In this document: positions 63,534 through 64,000 of the stretch, in pieces
Layout: each line of letters begins with the position of its first letter
How positions within the stretch are numbered: the first letter of the stretch is position 1
From: Methanobacteriota archaeon
GTDB lineage: Archaea > Thermoplasmatota > Thermoplasmata > SG8-5 > JAGLSY01
Length of the DNA: 64,000 nt
Assembly: GCA_020696385.1 (NCBI GenBank)
Contig: JAEHCQ010000005.1
Location: 40,311-104,310, forward strand
Direction of reading: 5' to 3'
Translations under genes and position numbers: made by a program
Notes under the pieces: model-generated
Told to the model about the DNA's origin: nothing
Databases searched by the model: none
Seen by the model: only the letters and a program-made list of their open reading frames with translations

Positions 63534-64000
63534 ATGATAATAAAAGCAAGCACTTTAAAGACGGGATTGCCTAAGAAGACACCCTCTATTTGTCCAGAAT
63601 GTAAGAAGATCATTACGGCAGATATTTTTGAGAGGGATGGGAAAGTCATAATATCCAAGACATGTGAAGAACACGGCTTCTTCGAGGATATCTATTGGTC
63701 AGATGTCGAGCTATATCACAAAGCTCAAACATGGGCCTATGATGGTATCGGTGTGGAAAATCCAGCACTGCCAGTCAAGGACGGTTGTCCCTTTGATTGT
63801 GGTCTTTGCCCATCCCATACCAGCCACACTTCATTGGCTAATCTTGATCTTACCAACAGATGCAATCTGAAATGCCCGATCTGTTTTGCGAATGCGAATG
63901 ACGCAGGCTATGTCTATGAGCCGACCTTCGACCAGGTAGTTTCCATGATGGAGACCCTGAGAGCGGAGAAGCCAGTTCCTTGCACAGCCATTCAATTCGC
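63534..64000 (+). CDS. tes: Radical SAM protein, tetraether lipid synthase (Tes/MJ0619-like), truncated by the window end; absent from the ORF track
   Basis: SICPEC..KTCEEHG, CPFDCGLC..H, DLTNRCNLKCPICFANA, YVYEP, KPVPCTAIQF. Confidence 0.75.
   Translation, partial: MIIKASTLKTGLPKKTPSICPECKKIITADIFERDGKVIISKTCEEHGFFEDIYWSDVELYHKAQTWAYDGIGVENPALPVKDGCPFDCGLCPSHTSHTSLANLDLTNRCNLKCPICFANANDAGYVYEPTFDQVVSMMETLRAEKPVPCTAIQF

Overview
Archaeal chromosome segment, most consistent with a Thermoplasmata-like euryarchaeon (rpl18a-pfdA-ftsY, archaeal ribBLCH, nop5, a tes-like radical SAM gene, tungsten AOR, pycBA-birA, mutL). It is mostly housekeeping genes, plus two tRNAs, two AT-rich NosD/TSP3 surface-protein genes and an operon of acidic multi-zinc-ribbon membrane proteins. 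The main signal is non-coding. At seven loci (V4R gene tail, M20 peptidase 5' end, tRNA-Leu, tRNA-Arg, a 36-aa zinc-ribbon gene 5' end, thiC tail, purQ tail) a gene end is duplicated over 13-224 bp. At six of them the copies flank a short hairpin-rich insert. Four inserts share modules with compensatory base changes and have the same polarity (functional copy -> element -> orphan copy). The duplicated thiC and purQ tails differ mainly at synonymous sites. No integrase, transposase or reverse transcriptase is encoded in the window. I infer a family of non-autonomous structured mini-elements that insert while replacing gene ends; the mechanism is untested. All annotation is by eye, with no database search.
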